This document shows, piece after piece, positions 37,029 through 48,168 of a DNA stretch of 62,928 bases (the stretch's first letter is position 1; every line of letters starts with the position of its first letter). This DNA comes from an uncultured virus (IMG/VR IMGVR_UViG_3300048004_000231) (Duplodnaviria > Heunggongvirae > Uroviricota > Caudoviricetes > Crassvirales). The stretch is from positions 1 through 62,928 of IMG/VR virus record IMGVR_UViG_3300048004_000231; one strand, given 5' to 3'. The translations under genes were made by a program, and so were the position numbers. Below the pieces are notes generated by a model. It searched no databases, was not told the DNA's origin, and saw only the letters and a program-made list of their open reading frames with translations.

Positions 37029-38471
37029 ATGAGTTTTCAAACAGGAGGAGCGTTCCCAGCGGGACTAACTCCATCACCAACAAAAACGTTGTTTGATAAG
37101 AATTATCTTTCTATCGGAGACAACGACTTTAACTTTACTAAGCAGTTTTTGCCAGAGGTATATGAAAAAGAAGTAGAGCGTTACGGAAATCGTTCTATCT
37201 CTTCTTTCTTGCGTATGGTAGGGGCTGAAATGCCTATGGCTTCTGACGAGGTTGTATGGACAGAGCAAGGGCGTTTGCATATTGCATATGACAATGCAGC
37301 ACTAGCTAGCACAACAGACGATACTGAAAAAACAATTAATATTACTGGGCACTCAATTCGTGCTAACCAAACAATTGTTGTTTCAAAAGGTACTGATTCT
37401 GTAAAAGCTTTTGTACAATCTGTATCAACAGACAGCATTGAAGCGTACCCTTTAACTTCTGCTACATGGCCTGCAAGCTTTGTTGCTGACCCGGCGCCAG
37501 CACTTAAAGTGTTTGTTTATGGTTCAGAATTTGGCAAAGGCTCAGCGGGAATGGCTGGATCAGTTGACGCTGGTTTCCAAAGATTCTCAAATAGCCCTAT
37601 TATCCTAAAAGATAAGTATTCTATTAATGGTTCTGATACTGCTCAAATTGGGTGGGTAGAAGTAACTACTGAAATGGGTACATCTGGATACTTATGGTAT
37701 TTAAAATCTGAGCACGAAACACGTTTGCGTTTTGAAGATTATCTTGAAATGTCAATGGTTGAAGCTGAAAAAGCAACTGAAACTATTAATATTCTTGATA
37801 ACTCTGGTGCAGATTCTGGCGCTAATGTAAGAGGTACCGAAGGTCTTTTCTCGGCTATTGAAAGCAGAGGTCTTGTATTCCAAGATCACGACTTTGATAA
37901 TACCAGCGGACTTTCAGGTTTAGGAGAATTTGATGAAATTCTTAAAGAGCTTGATAAGCAAGGTGCTATTGAAGAAAATATGCTTTTTGTAGGTCGTGGT
38001 ACATCTTTAGCTTTAGATAATATGCTAGCACGCGCTAATTCTTACGGAAGCGGCGGTACATCTTATGGCGTATTTGAAAACAGCGAAGATATGGCGCTTA
38101 ACTTAGGATTTTCAGGATTCCGTAGAGGTTCTTACGATTTCTACAAAACTGACTGGAAATATCTAAACGATGCCGCTACTCGTGGCCTTACTGATGACAT
38201 TGACGGTGTACTTGTACCTGCTGGTGTATCAACAGTATATGATCAAACACTAGGTAAAAATATCCAACGTCCATTCTTACACGTTCGCTACAGAGCTTCT
38301 GAAGCTGATGATCGTAGAATGAAATCTTGGATTACTGGATCTGTAGGAGGAAACTTCACGTCTGATATTGACGAAATGAATGTTCACTTCCTATCTGAAA
38401 GAGCGCTATGTGTACAAGGGGCAAACAACTTTATCTTATTTGAAGATACGGCTGCTGCTGGTGGAGCATAG
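37029..38471 (+). CDS. Major capsid protein
   Basis: 480 aa after scaffold, high-expression codon usage, followed by strong terminator. Confidence 0.78.
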   Translation: MSFQTGGAFPAGLTPSPTKTLFDKNYLSIGDNDFNFTKQFLPEVYEKEVERYGNRSISSFLRMVGAEMPMASDEVVWTEQGRLHIAYDNAALASTTDDTEKTINITGHSIRANQTIVVSKGTDSVKAFVQSVSTDSIEAYPLTSATWPASFVADPAPALKVFVYGSEFGKGSAGMAGSVDAGFQRFSNSPIILKDKYSINGSDTAQIGWVEVTTEMGTSGYLWYLKSEHETRLRFEDYLEMSMVEAEKATETINILDNSGADSGANVRGTEGLFSAIESRGLVFQDHDFDNTSGLSGLGEFDEILKELDKQGAIEENMLFVGRGTSLALDNMLARANSYGSGGTSYGVFENSEDMALNLGFSGFRRGSYDFYKTDWKYLNDAATRGLTDDIDGVLVPAGVSTVYDQTLGKNIQRPFLHVRYRASEADDRRMKSWITGSVGGNFTSDIDEMNVHFLSERALCVQGANNFILFEDTAAAGGA

Positions 38472-38482
38472 TAACCATATTT

Positions 38483-38527
38483 AAACTTAGGGTCGTATCT
38501 TCGGCCCTAGGTTTATTTTTATTTTTT
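38483..38527 (+). terminator. Rho-independent terminator
   Basis: AAACTTAGGGTCG-TATCTT-CGGCCCTAGGTTT followed by T-rich tract. Confidence 0.8.
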
Positions 38528-38542
38528 TAATTATATTATATC

Positions 38543-39307
38543 ATGAAAACAAAAGAAATTAGTAAACCCAAAAACTGGGAAATTAAAGACCGTGTATATT
38601 ATTTAAACGGCAATAAACAACCTATTATAAAGTCAATAGCATCAAAGCATACAGCTAAAAGAAGTTTGTTGTGGTTTGACGAAGAAAAAGGTTATCAAAG
38701 AGAATTGCGTTATGCCACTAATCAACCGTCAGTATTTGTTGATGAGCAAGACGGACCAGTTACTCTTGAACAAATAGTATTTAGAGACGGATCATTATTT
38801 GTTCCTAAATCAAAACAAAATTTACAGCTATTACTTTCTGTATATCATCCTTTAAAAAATTCTGTATATTCTGAACTAGACGAAGTTAAAAATGCAGAAC
38901 AGGATTTAGACTATTTAGAAGTTGAAATTGAAGCTTTAAATTTAGCTACTAAATTAGAGGTAGATATGCTAGAGGCTATTTTGCGTGTTGAAGTTGGTAA
39001 TAAAGTAAATCAAATGACTAGCAAAGAAGTTAAGCGTGATGTTTTATTATTTGCTCGTAGAAATCCAAGCTTATTTTTAGAATTAGCAAATGATGAAAAT
39101 GTACAAGTACGTAATTTTGGCATTAAAGCAGTTGAAGCAGGACTAATTAAATTAAGCCCCGACCAACGCTCTTTTCAATGGGCAACAAATGGCCGTAAGC
39201 TTATGGCTGTTCCATTTGATGAAAACCCTTATTCAGCTTTAGCTGCGTGGTTTAAAACAGATGATGGTATTGAAGTATACCAAAATTTAGAAAAAAGACT
39301 TAAATAA
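38543..39307 (+). CDS. Hypothetical protein of the head module
   Basis: 254-aa ORF. Confidence 0.75.
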   Translation: MKTKEISKPKNWEIKDRVYYLNGNKQPIIKSIASKHTAKRSLLWFDEEKGYQRELRYATNQPSVFVDEQDGPVTLEQIVFRDGSLFVPKSKQNLQLLLSVYHPLKNSVYSELDEVKNAEQDLDYLEVEIEALNLATKLEVDMLEAILRVEVGNKVNQMTSKEVKRDVLLFARRNPSLFLELANDENVQVRNFGIKAVEAGLIKLSPDQRSFQWATNGRKLMAVPFDENPYSALAAWFKTDDGIEVYQNLEKRLK

Positions 39308-39320
39308 GTCGCTTATAACG

Positions 39321-39347
39321 GTTAGGCCGTTGTAATTGCGGCCTAAC
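39321..39347 (+). terminator. Stem-loop (terminator or processing site)
   Basis: GTTAGGCCGT-TGTAATT-GCGGCCTAAC, weak U tail. Confidence 0.5.
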
Positions 39348-39365
39348 TATTATAAAAACAAAAAT

Positions 39366-40067
39366 ATGGCAGTAAGCATAGATACAGTATACCAAAGAGT
39401 GCTAGCAATATTAAATAAAGAACAAAGAGGGTATATTACTCCTCAAGAGTTTAATTTATTCGCTAACCAGGCTCAGCTTGATATATTTGAACAATACTTT
39501 TATGATTTAAATCAATTTATGCGTTTGCCTGGCAATGATAGCACATATGGAGATGTGGTTGATTTGTTAAATGAAAAAATTGATATATTTGAAAAATTTA
39601 GGCAAGACGTTACTATAGCCTCAGGCGGTATTGGCACATTACCTAATTATTATAGAATGGGGCAATTGTCTTATTTAAACAATACAGAATATATAGAGAT
39701 TGAAAAAATCAATCAAAATGAATTAAATCATTATATGAATTCAAAGCTTACACAACCCACAGTAAGCTCCCCAATATACGTGCAGACATCTTCTTCTGCA
39801 ATACAAGTTTATCCTACTACTATAACTTCAGGAGTTACGTGTAATTATATAAGTAAACCAGCAAAAGTTGAATGGCAATATCAAATGGTATTTGGCGAAG
39901 CTTTATACAATGCAACTAACTCAGTTGATTTTGAGCTACATGCATCTGACGAAACAGAGCTTGTAATGAAAATATTAGAAATGGCGGGTCTTGTTATTAA
40001 AGATCCCTCCGTATATCAAGTGGCTAATGCTGAAGAAATAGAACAATTACAACAAGAAAAATCTTAA
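39366..40067 (+). CDS. Head-tail adaptor/ring-like protein
   Basis: Likely start MAVSIDTVYQ; GYITPQEFNLFANQAQ; position. Confidence 0.6.
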   Translation: MAVSIDTVYQRVLAILNKEQRGYITPQEFNLFANQAQLDIFEQYFYDLNQFMRLPGNDSTYGDVVDLLNEKIDIFEKFRQDVTIASGGIGTLPNYYRMGQLSYLNNTEYIEIEKINQNELNHYMNSKLTQPTVSSPIYVQTSSSAIQVYPTTITSGVTCNYISKPAKVEWQYQMVFGEALYNATNSVDFELHASDETELVMKILEMAGLVIKDPSVYQVANAEEIEQLQQEKS

Positions 40068-40070
40068 TAA

Positions 40071-40979
40071 ATGGCTTTATTTACAGGAACTCAAAAAGAA
40101 TACTATTATGGTCCCGATAATTTATGGGGAAGCAATGATGAGAGCTATGGTAATTACCAATTTATTAATTTAAAAGATTTAATAAATAATTTTATTATTA
40201 ACTACGTAGGCGAGGATAAAATTATCAGTAAAATGAAACGCACGGATATTTCTTTTCATATGCAACGTGCTATTCAAGAATTTTCTTATGATATTTTTAA
40301 ATCAGAAAAATCGCAAGAAATTGAAATACCGCCATCGCTAATGATGTTGCTTCCGCACGATTATGTTAACTACGTTAAAATAAGCTGGCTAGACGACTCG
40401 GGCATAGAAAGACTTTTATACCCTGCTAGAAAAACCAGCAATCCTCTACCAATATTACAAGATAATCAATATGAGTATTTATTTGATCAGCAGACTGAAG
40501 AAATACTTACAGCGAACGAATCTGAAACTTGGAAAAAGTTTAAAGGAAGACAAGAAAATGCGCAAAACGATAGTAGAAATGCTAGCGACCAATTTGAATT
40601 TTCCGAGTCTTACGGAGGGCGTATCGGTATTGATCCAGAAATGGCACAATCAAATGGTACTTTTTTTATAGACCCGCTTAAGGGTAAAATATTTTTTGAT
40701 TCTAACATGGTTAATAAAGTTGTTACTTTAAAATATATAAGTGACGGCGTTGCTACAGAAGATGAAAAAATAGTACATAAATTTGCTGAGGATGCGGTGT
40801 ACAAGCATGTTGCGCACGCTGTATTATCCGCGCGACAAAACGTGCCTGAATACCAGGTAGCAAGATTTAAAAAAGAAAAGTTTGCAGCAACGCGGAAGGC
40901 TAAACTTAGATTATCTAATCTTAAGATAGAAGAGCTTACGCAAATAATGAGAAACAAAGGTAAACAAATAAAGCACTAG
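40071..40979 (+). CDS. Tail ring/connector-like protein
   Basis: LPHDYVNYVKIS motif; position. Confidence 0.6.
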   Translation: MALFTGTQKEYYYGPDNLWGSNDESYGNYQFINLKDLINNFIINYVGEDKIISKMKRTDISFHMQRAIQEFSYDIFKSEKSQEIEIPPSLMMLLPHDYVNYVKISWLDDSGIERLLYPARKTSNPLPILQDNQYEYLFDQQTEEILTANESETWKKFKGRQENAQNDSRNASDQFEFSESYGGRIGIDPEMAQSNGTFFIDPLKGKIFFDSNMVNKVVTLKYISDGVATEDEKIVHKFAEDAVYKHVAHAVLSARQNVPEYQVARFKKEKFAATRKAKLRLSNLKIEELTQIMRNKGKQIKH

Positions 40980-40982
40980 AAT

Positions 40983-43900
40983 ATGCCAGAAATGCAAAGG
41001 GTATTTGCTAAAGGTCGCATGAACAAAGACCTAGATGAGCGAATGGTACCAAATGGCGAGTATAGAGATGCGTTAAATTTAGATTTATCCGTATCTGAAG
41101 GCTCAGACGTTGGCGCTTTTGAAAATATCAAAGGTAACAAAGAAATTGTTCATAAAGCTTATAATAGTAGTACACTTTTGTTTACTAACTGGAATAGTGA
41201 TTATATTTCAAATTTAACGGATGCATCGTGCGTAGGTGTTATTAAAGATGAAGAAACCGAAAAAATATATTGGCTTATCGCTTCCAGCGAAGTTAATGCT
41301 ATTGCTCAATATGATCAGTTTTTAGATGTAGTTATTCCTTTGCTTGTTGAAAACAAAACAATATCTAACTTTTTAAATTTTACTGCCGATAATATTATTA
41401 CTGGTATTAATATTTTAAAAGGTATTTTATTTTGGACTGATAATAAAACAGAGCCCAAAAAAATTGTTATAGCCGACTGGCAAAATTCTACAAGTACGTT
41501 CTTAAATCACTCACAAATATACGGTAGAGATTTTATTGAGCAAGATATTACTGTAATTAAAAAGTACCCTTTAACAGCCCCATCGCTATCTTTAAGCATT
41601 AGCGAAAGACAAGGAAATATAAACGCAACAATATCATACCAATTTGCGACTCTTTCTTCTGAAGGGGAATATAATAGCCTAAATAGCGAATCTCCTGAAC
41701 AAACTTTTAATTTTCCAACAAAAATGGATTATAAAGAAGGGGACACGTTAATTTTTAATTTATTAAATGATAATCAAGAATACCAAGACGACGCTGCAGT
41801 TCGAGTTGTAATAACAGAAGTTGTTAACGTTTATAAAATAAAAGCAGAAATACTTTCCATATCTGACGAAGTACCCACTGAGTTTGCCCCTTGGGAGGTG
41901 TCTTTGATTTTAGAAGACCCTATATTTGAATTTAAATTTCCTAGATTTGCTTATAGGTATAAATATAAAGACAATCAATATTCAGCCTTTTCTCCATTTT
42001 CAAAAGTTGCTTTTTTACCAAAAGAAGAATTTGAATATGACAGCAAATTAGGCTACAATACAGCGATGGTTAATTCTGTGCGTATTATTAAAATACAAAA
42101 TTTTGTGCCAAGCGCTGGCGTTTTACCTAAAGATGTTATATCTATAGATATATTATATAAAGAAACAGGTAACAATGCGGTATACAAAGTAGAAACAATA
42201 GAAAAAGATTCAAAAAAATGGTTAGATAATGAGTATCAAATAGAAAGCGAAATTATTAGTTCAATATTAGAAGCTAATCAAATTTTAAGACCTTTTGATA
42301 ATGTTCCTAAAAAAGCTTTATCGCAAGAAATTGTTGCTAATAGACTAATATACGGAAACTATACTCAGGGCTATAATATGTTAACCTCGCAAAATGAAAA
42401 ATTTAATTCTAGTTTTTCTTTTGTAATAAATCAAAACAACACATATTTTCCTTCTCCATCTATTAAATCTCAACGGACATATCAATTAGGCGTTGTTTGT
42501 GTAGATGAATATGGGCGCCAATCGCCAGTTTTTTCGTCTGAATCGGCTACAAAAATTTTAAATAAATCTTTTGCGCCGTTATCCGTTTCTATTAAAAATA
42601 AAATGGTTGGAGCCCCTCCTTTTTGGGCTAAATATTTCAAGTATTTTATAAAAGAAAATTCAAGTGAGTATTACAACCTTGCAATGGATAGATGGTATAA
42701 TGCTGAAGATGGAAATATTTGGATTTCTTTTCCGTCATCAGATAGAGATAAAATTACGCAAGAATCATTTTTAGAATTAAAAAAACAACACGCAAGTTCT
42801 ATTCCTGTAATAGAAAACGCAAAATATAAAGCTGTATCTATTTCCAATACAGTGCCGCTTTTTGTAAAAACTACACAAAAAAATAAAGGTCAAGGCTCCA
42901 TTAGCTGGAATCAAAATATTACTTCTTTAAAAGAAGGCTTTCCTTTAAAAGGCAGATTGTTTTTTTATATTAAAAACGGAGATTACCAAAAACTTTTCGG
43001 AGGTGCTGAAAACAGCAACAATAGACTAACTGTACAATTTTCTTTAACATCTAATTCTTCAGATAAATTTGAAATAGCCAATATTAATTTTTTAGGGGAT
43101 GTTGGGGTCAATGACAGCTTAGTGCAAGTAAATTTAGCATTACCGATGGACGACACTATAGATTGGACCTCCACGGATGGTGATTTTGATTCTAGAATAT
43201 CTGATGAATTGACTGTTATAATACGGGAGGACGTAGTAGAAAATAAACCTGAATTTGAAGGCAGATTTTTCGTAAAAATATATAAAGATTCTACATTAAC
43301 TAATAAAATTATAAGTCAATCAGGCGATCCTAATTACGCAATAATTCAGTCAAAAGAGCTATACAGAGTTAAGGATGCTAGCGAGGGTGCTCCGCATTGG
43401 TGGTATTTTGACGAAACCAACCCGCATGATATAGAAGGAAAAAGCGCAGACAATGAATACCATTATGAAAACGCAGGAGATGTATTTGAAAAACACCGAG
43501 TTGGATGGGGGCTTCAAGAGGGTTTTGACAAACTTGATATTACTTGGCACGGTTTTGGGCCTAAGGCAAGTAATGCGTTTTGCGATGGCAATTGGGATAT
43601 TTGGAAAAATTGGGACGAAAATAACGCAAACGAGCGTCCTCAAAAAAAATTTAGCGATGCTTTAAAAACTATTGGTACTAAATTTCAATTTAAGGGAGAT
43701 CCAACTGGCACGGTTTATGAAATTAAAAAAATGTTCCGAACATATTACACCAACGCTAACAGAAATAAAATATGGTGTAATGGAGCGGGCAAGGAGTGGA
43801 AAAGAAGATCTATAAGATACAGCATAAAATTAGATCAGCCTTTAAAATGGGTGCCTAATATAACATTAAATAATACTAATTCATCAGGGTTTATAGAAAT

Positions 43901-45332
43901 ACTGCGCGACCTTAATATATCACAAGAAGGAGATTTTTCAACGTCAAACCCCGCTATATGGGAAACAGAGCCTAAAGAATCTGTAGATTTAGATTTATAT
44001 TATGCGGCAAGTGATTTATATCCTATAGACGAATGGAATAATTTAAAAACGCTAGATTGGTATAATTGTTGGAGTTTTGGGAATGGCGTTGAATCTAATA
44101 GAATTAGAGATGATTTTGCGCAAACATACCTAGACAATAACCCTATAGTTTCAACCGTACTTGAAGAACCTTACCAAGAAGAGCACAGAAGTACAGGGCT
44201 TATATTTTCACAAATATTTAATAGCCAATCGGGTGTAAATAATCTTAATCAGTTTATACTAGCTGAGGCAATTACTAAAGATTTAAACCCGCGTCATGGC
44301 AGTATTCAAAAGCTACATGCTAGAGATACTGACATGGTGGCATTGTGTGAAGATAAATGCTTTAGTATACCAGCCCAAAAAGATTTACTTTTTAATGCTG
44401 ATGGTTCTGCAAATGTAACATCTAATACAAATGTTTTAGGTACAGCGCGCCCATATGCGGGTAATTTTGGAATAAGTAGAAACCCTGAAAGCTTTGCTGA
44501 TTATGGTAATAAAATGTATTTTACCGATAAAAACAGAGGTGTTGTTATACGTCTTTCTGGAGGTTTAGGAGGAGGCGACGGCATTACGCTTATATCTGCT
44601 AAAGGAATGGCGGATTATTTCGAAGATAATTTACAGCTAAATACTAGGATTATAGGCAGCTATGACACAACATCAGGCTCTTATAATTTATTGCTTAATA
44701 ATACAAATAGCACTTTATCGTATCAAGAAGCCGTTGATGGCTGGGTTGGTAGATTTTCATTTTTAAAGGAACAAGGCGTAAGTATAAATAATAAATACTA
44801 CACTTTTAAAGAAGGTAGAATTTGGGAGCATAAAGCGAGCACATTGTTTAATAATTTTTACGGCATACAATACGATAGTCAATTTACTGTTTTATTAAAT
44901 GACGCTCCTTACAGCGTTAAGAACTTTAAAACATTAAATTACACAGGCTCAGAAGCGCGTAATTATAAATACGAAACCGGTAATGGTATAAAATACTCAT
45001 TAGCAGAGATACAGGCTAAGAATTTAACCCCCTCGTCTCAGGCTGTTAGCCCAGGGTGGTGGGTTGAAAGTATTAATACAGATTTACAACAGGGACAATT
45101 AAAAACATTTTTAGATAAAGAAGGTAAGTATTTTAATTATATTAAAGGCACTTCTACAACATTATCTAATGTTGATTCAAAAGAATTTTCAGTACAAGGA
45201 ATAGGTACAGCTACAGTTACTGGGGCTGACCAGTCAGAGTATAACGTGCATGTGTATGTGAATGACGCATGCTTTGCCGGTAATTACACCGTACACGTTT
45301 ATGTAAACGACACTTGTTTTACAAATAATTAA
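40983..45332 (+). CDS. Large tail nozzle/stabilisation-like protein
   Basis: GRMNKDLDER.VPNGEYRDALN start, beta-rich, GISRNPESFA; 1449 aa. Confidence 0.65.
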   Translation: MPEMQRVFAKGRMNKDLDERMVPNGEYRDALNLDLSVSEGSDVGAFENIKGNKEIVHKAYNSSTLLFTNWNSDYISNLTDASCVGVIKDEETEKIYWLIASSEVNAIAQYDQFLDVVIPLLVENKTISNFLNFTADNIITGINILKGILFWTDNKTEPKKIVIADWQNSTSTFLNHSQIYGRDFIEQDITVIKKYPLTAPSLSLSISERQGNINATISYQFATLSSEGEYNSLNSESPEQTFNFPTKMDYKEGDTLIFNLLNDNQEYQDDAAVRVVITEVVNVYKIKAEILSISDEVPTEFAPWEVSLILEDPIFEFKFPRFAYRYKYKDNQYSAFSPFSKVAFLPKEEFEYDSKLGYNTAMVNSVRIIKIQNFVPSAGVLPKDVISIDILYKETGNNAVYKVETIEKDSKKWLDNEYQIESEIISSILEANQILRPFDNVPKKALSQEIVANRLIYGNYTQGYNMLTSQNEKFNSSFSFVINQNNTYFPSPSIKSQRTYQLGVVCVDEYGRQSPVFSSESATKILNKSFAPLSVSIKNKMVGAPPFWAKYFKYFIKENSSEYYNLAMDRWYNAEDGNIWISFPSSDRDKITQESFLELKKQHASSIPVIENAKYKAVSISNTVPLFVKTTQKNKGQGSISWNQNITSLKEGFPLKGRLFFYIKNGDYQKLFGGAENSNNRLTVQFSLTSNSSDKFEIANINFLGDVGVNDSLVQVNLALPMDDTIDWTSTDGDFDSRISDELTVIIREDVVENKPEFEGRFFVKIYKDSTLTNKIISQSGDPNYAIIQSKELYRVKDASEGAPHWWYFDETNPHDIEGKSADNEYHYENAGDVFEKHRVGWGLQEGFDKLDITWHGFGPKASNAFCDGNWDIWKNWDENNANERPQKKFSDALKTIGTKFQFKGDPTGTVYEIKKMFRTYYTNANRNKIWCNGAGKEWKRRSIRYSIKLDQPLKWVPNITLNNTNSSGFIEILRDLNISQEGDFSTSNPAIWETEPKESVDLDLYYAASDLYPIDEWNNLKTLDWYNCWSFGNGVESNRIRDDFAQTYLDNNPIVSTVLEEPYQEEHRSTGLIFSQIFNSQSGVNNLNQFILAEAITKDLNPRHGSIQKLHARDTDMVALCEDKCFSIPAQKDLLFNADGSANVTSNTNVLGTARPYAGNFGISRNPESFADYGNKMYFTDKNRGVVIRLSGGLGGGDGITLISAKGMADYFEDNLQLNTRIIGSYDTTSGSYNLLLNNTNSTLSYQEAVDGWVGRFSFLKEQGVSINNKYYTFKEGRIWEHKASTLFNNFYGIQYDSQFTVLLNDAPYSVKNFKTLNYTGSEARNYKYETGNGIKYSLAEIQAKNLTPSSQAVSPGWWVESINTDLQQGQLKTFLDKEGKYFNYIKGTSTTLSNVDSKEFSVQGIGTATVTGADQSEYNVHVYVNDACFAGNYTVHVYVNDTCFTNN

Positions 45333-45333
45333 T

Positions 45334-48162
45334 ATGGCACATACTACTAAAATAGGTAATTTTTCGGTTGCATCAGTTGAATTTGGTGTTACGCAGGGAA
45401 CTAACATAGCTGACACACAGTCAACTGCTGTTTTAACATTAATACCAGATGAAGGCTTTACTTTAACTGCGGCGGATTTTAGCTATACTTCAGGACCTGC
45501 AGAAGTTCAAAGTGTTTCTTTTTCACAATCAGGCAATAATGTTTTAGCGACTGTTACTTTTGCGACTGGCGCTTCAATGCCAGCTTCTGATTTAGATATA
45601 CCTATTTGTATTGCCGGTGAGTCAGGATTAGTCCAATATACTTTGTCAGGCGTTGTGGAGACAATAGCAAGTTCTAATGTTACACCAGCGAGTGGCAACA
45701 CAAGTTTTTCTATAACCGGGAATGCAGGCGATGAGGTTCAAGCTTTTTCCCATACAGTAACGGCAGGATCGGGTTATTATTTCCCTACGTCTCCCAGCGG
45801 CAACCTTACTACAGGTAATACTGATAATTATTCTTTTACAACTTCAGAGGCTACTAATGATGAATTACAAATTACAGGAAAAACATTTACAGGTGTTTAT
45901 ACTTTCCCCGCGGCCAATATTGCTAACAATGTTTTTACCGTTGTTGCAGAGGCTGTTGAAATACCTATTATTATACGTGAAATAACAAGCTACACTATTA
46001 ATAAAGCAAATGTTGATGAAGGTGGTGAAACAAGACAAATGGTTATATTTGGCAATGAAGGTGCTGAATTTAGTTTAACTGTATTAAATGAGGACGGGAC
46101 ATCTATTTTAACATCGCCGCTTTCTAATGTAACTATACCGGCTATCGGCTCCTATACATTTAATATAACATTTCCAACTGTTACTGACACAGACGATTAT
46201 GATTTTGTTTTAACAGGGGATTTAGCATCTACTTTTGACACCCCTCAAGGCCAAGAATCTACGTTTACTATAAACCAATATTTAGATATTAATTTAACTT
46301 TCCAGTTAATAACTAATAACTCAGATCTTACGCCTGGAGCAAACTTTACACTTGTATATAAACCAAATAAAGATTTAGAAGCAGGCGATAGTAATTATAG
46401 TTTCCAAGGCGAACTAACAGTTATTTCAACTACGCCAATAATTGAGAATACCCCTCCTTTAGTTAATAGTTTTACAAATTTATTAGCAGCAGCCAATGGC
46501 GGAACAGACACTACTATAGAATCTGTTAGTTCAGCTTTATCAAATTCTGACTTAACATATACTATTTCTTTTGAAGGTATTACAGAGCAAACAGGCACAT
46601 TAAATGTATTAAGCCAGCTTGATTTAGATTTTCTTATTTCAACAAATACAACTCCAGTTGCTAATGAAAATTATTATACGACTGATGAAGATACCGGTAT
46701 ACTTTTAAGTGTTTCAGCTACAGATGCGGATGGCGACTCATTAATCTATAGTATAATGACAGGCCCTTCAAATGGTACGTTTTATGCATATGAGGGTGGC
46801 CCTGAAATTACATCCTATCCGTATGATTTACCTGCACAAACAGCAACAGTATGGTATGAACCGGATTTAAATTATAATGGCGGTGATAGCTTTACACTAC
46901 AGGTTAGCGACGGCACAGCGGATAGTAATATTGCCCCAAATGTTATTACGGTATTGCCTGTAAACGACGACCCAATTATAAGCCACACCCCTTGGACAGA
47001 GGGCACGTATAATACATTTAATGAGCCTGTTAATTCTTATGTGTTTGAAGAAGGAGATGCGTTTTCAGCAACAGCTACTGCCACGGATGTTGAAGATCCC
47101 GCTACGGATTTAACATGGGATATAATAAGTGAATTTGAAGCTACAGGGGAAGGGGAAACCACAACTCCTTCGTGGATTACCGGAACAACTAATGGAGATG
47201 GTTCTTTTACAATAACCGCTGATGGCTTAGGCATACGAGCCGGAAGTGTTACATTTTATATAAAAGTAGAAGACACAGGCGGAGGCTTTGACACTCAAAT
47301 AGTTCAATTAGGCGGAATTGTGCCAACTGTTAATTCGTACTTTAAGTTTTTGTTTGACAGCTCTGGCTCTATGGACGAAACGCTAGGATATTTAAAAAGA
47401 GATTTTTTAGGTGTTGGAGGAACCTATACCGTCAATAATGCCTCTAGTTATAACGTAACAGCTTATAGCAACCCATATACTAATCCTGAATGTTTAAGAT
47501 ATTATTTACAAGATTTTTATGCTACAGGTCTAACTGAAGCGCAGGGAAACACAGATACAACTACTAATGGCGCGGACGAATTTGATTCAAAAGTTGAGGT
47601 TGCTGAATCGGGCATAGAGCGACCCCATCAAAATTTAGCTAATGGTCAAAATGGGGTATTTGGGTTTAGTACAGATGAAAATGGAGAGTTCCCAGGCGCA
47701 GAATCAGTTGTTATAGGCGTTTTTATGGATGAAGCAAGCCAGATTGGAATTGGGGATGGAAGCGGTGACCAATACCCCGCTGATGGCGTTGCAGATGCAA
47801 ATGGAATAAGCCACGTTACTAATTTAAAAGCAACTATAAACTCATTAAAAAATAATAAAGGAACAGGATTTTATAGGGGTTTATTTTATCCAGTTAAAGT
47901 TAACAGCCAAACTACCGCTGAATCTGCTTTAGAGCAATATTATAAAGCTTCTGTTAACAATACAGACCAATTTGATTCAACTTCAACTAATCCACCTTAT
48001 GCAGGCGTAGAAAATTTAAATGAGCACGGTTATTTAACTTCCGCATTTAATGTAGAATTATTAGATGATGGTAACACTACCCCTGGGTATTACACTAAAA
48101 GAGTAGTAGATGACTTAATAACATTAGGGTATGTAATTCCTCAATATGCTGGAACAAATTAA
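45334..48162 (+). CDS. Ig/cadherin-repeat virion protein with vWA-like C-terminus
   Basis: NTTPVA...TDED...ATDADGDSLIYSI...SFTLQVSDG...VNDDP; FDSSGSM (DxSxS). Confidence 0.7.
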   Translation: MAHTTKIGNFSVASVEFGVTQGTNIADTQSTAVLTLIPDEGFTLTAADFSYTSGPAEVQSVSFSQSGNNVLATVTFATGASMPASDLDIPICIAGESGLVQYTLSGVVETIASSNVTPASGNTSFSITGNAGDEVQAFSHTVTAGSGYYFPTSPSGNLTTGNTDNYSFTTSEATNDELQITGKTFTGVYTFPAANIANNVFTVVAEAVEIPIIIREITSYTINKANVDEGGETRQMVIFGNEGAEFSLTVLNEDGTSILTSPLSNVTIPAIGSYTFNITFPTVTDTDDYDFVLTGDLASTFDTPQGQESTFTINQYLDINLTFQLITNNSDLTPGANFTLVYKPNKDLEAGDSNYSFQGELTVISTTPIIENTPPLVNSFTNLLAAANGGTDTTIESVSSALSNSDLTYTISFEGITEQTGTLNVLSQLDLDFLISTNTTPVANENYYTTDEDTGILLSVSATDADGDSLIYSIMTGPSNGTFYAYEGGPEITSYPYDLPAQTATVWYEPDLNYNGGDSFTLQVSDGTADSNIAPNVITVLPVNDDPIISHTPWTEGTYNTFNEPVNSYVFEEGDAFSATATATDVEDPATDLTWDIISEFEATGEGETTTPSWITGTTNGDGSFTITADGLGIRAGSVTFYIKVEDTGGGFDTQIVQLGGIVPTVNSYFKFLFDSSGSMDETLGYLKRDFLGVGGTYTVNNASSYNVTAYSNPYTNPECLRYYLQDFYATGLTEAQGNTDTTTNGADEFDSKVEVAESGIERPHQNLANGQNGVFGFSTDENGEFPGAESVVIGVFMDEASQIGIGDGSGDQYPADGVADANGISHVTNLKATINSLKNNKGTGFYRGLFYPVKVNSQTTAESALEQYYKASVNNTDQFDSTSTNPPYAGVENLNEHGYLTSAFNVELLDDGNTTPGYYTKRVVDDLITLGYVIPQYAGTN

Positions 48163-48168
48163 GAAAAA

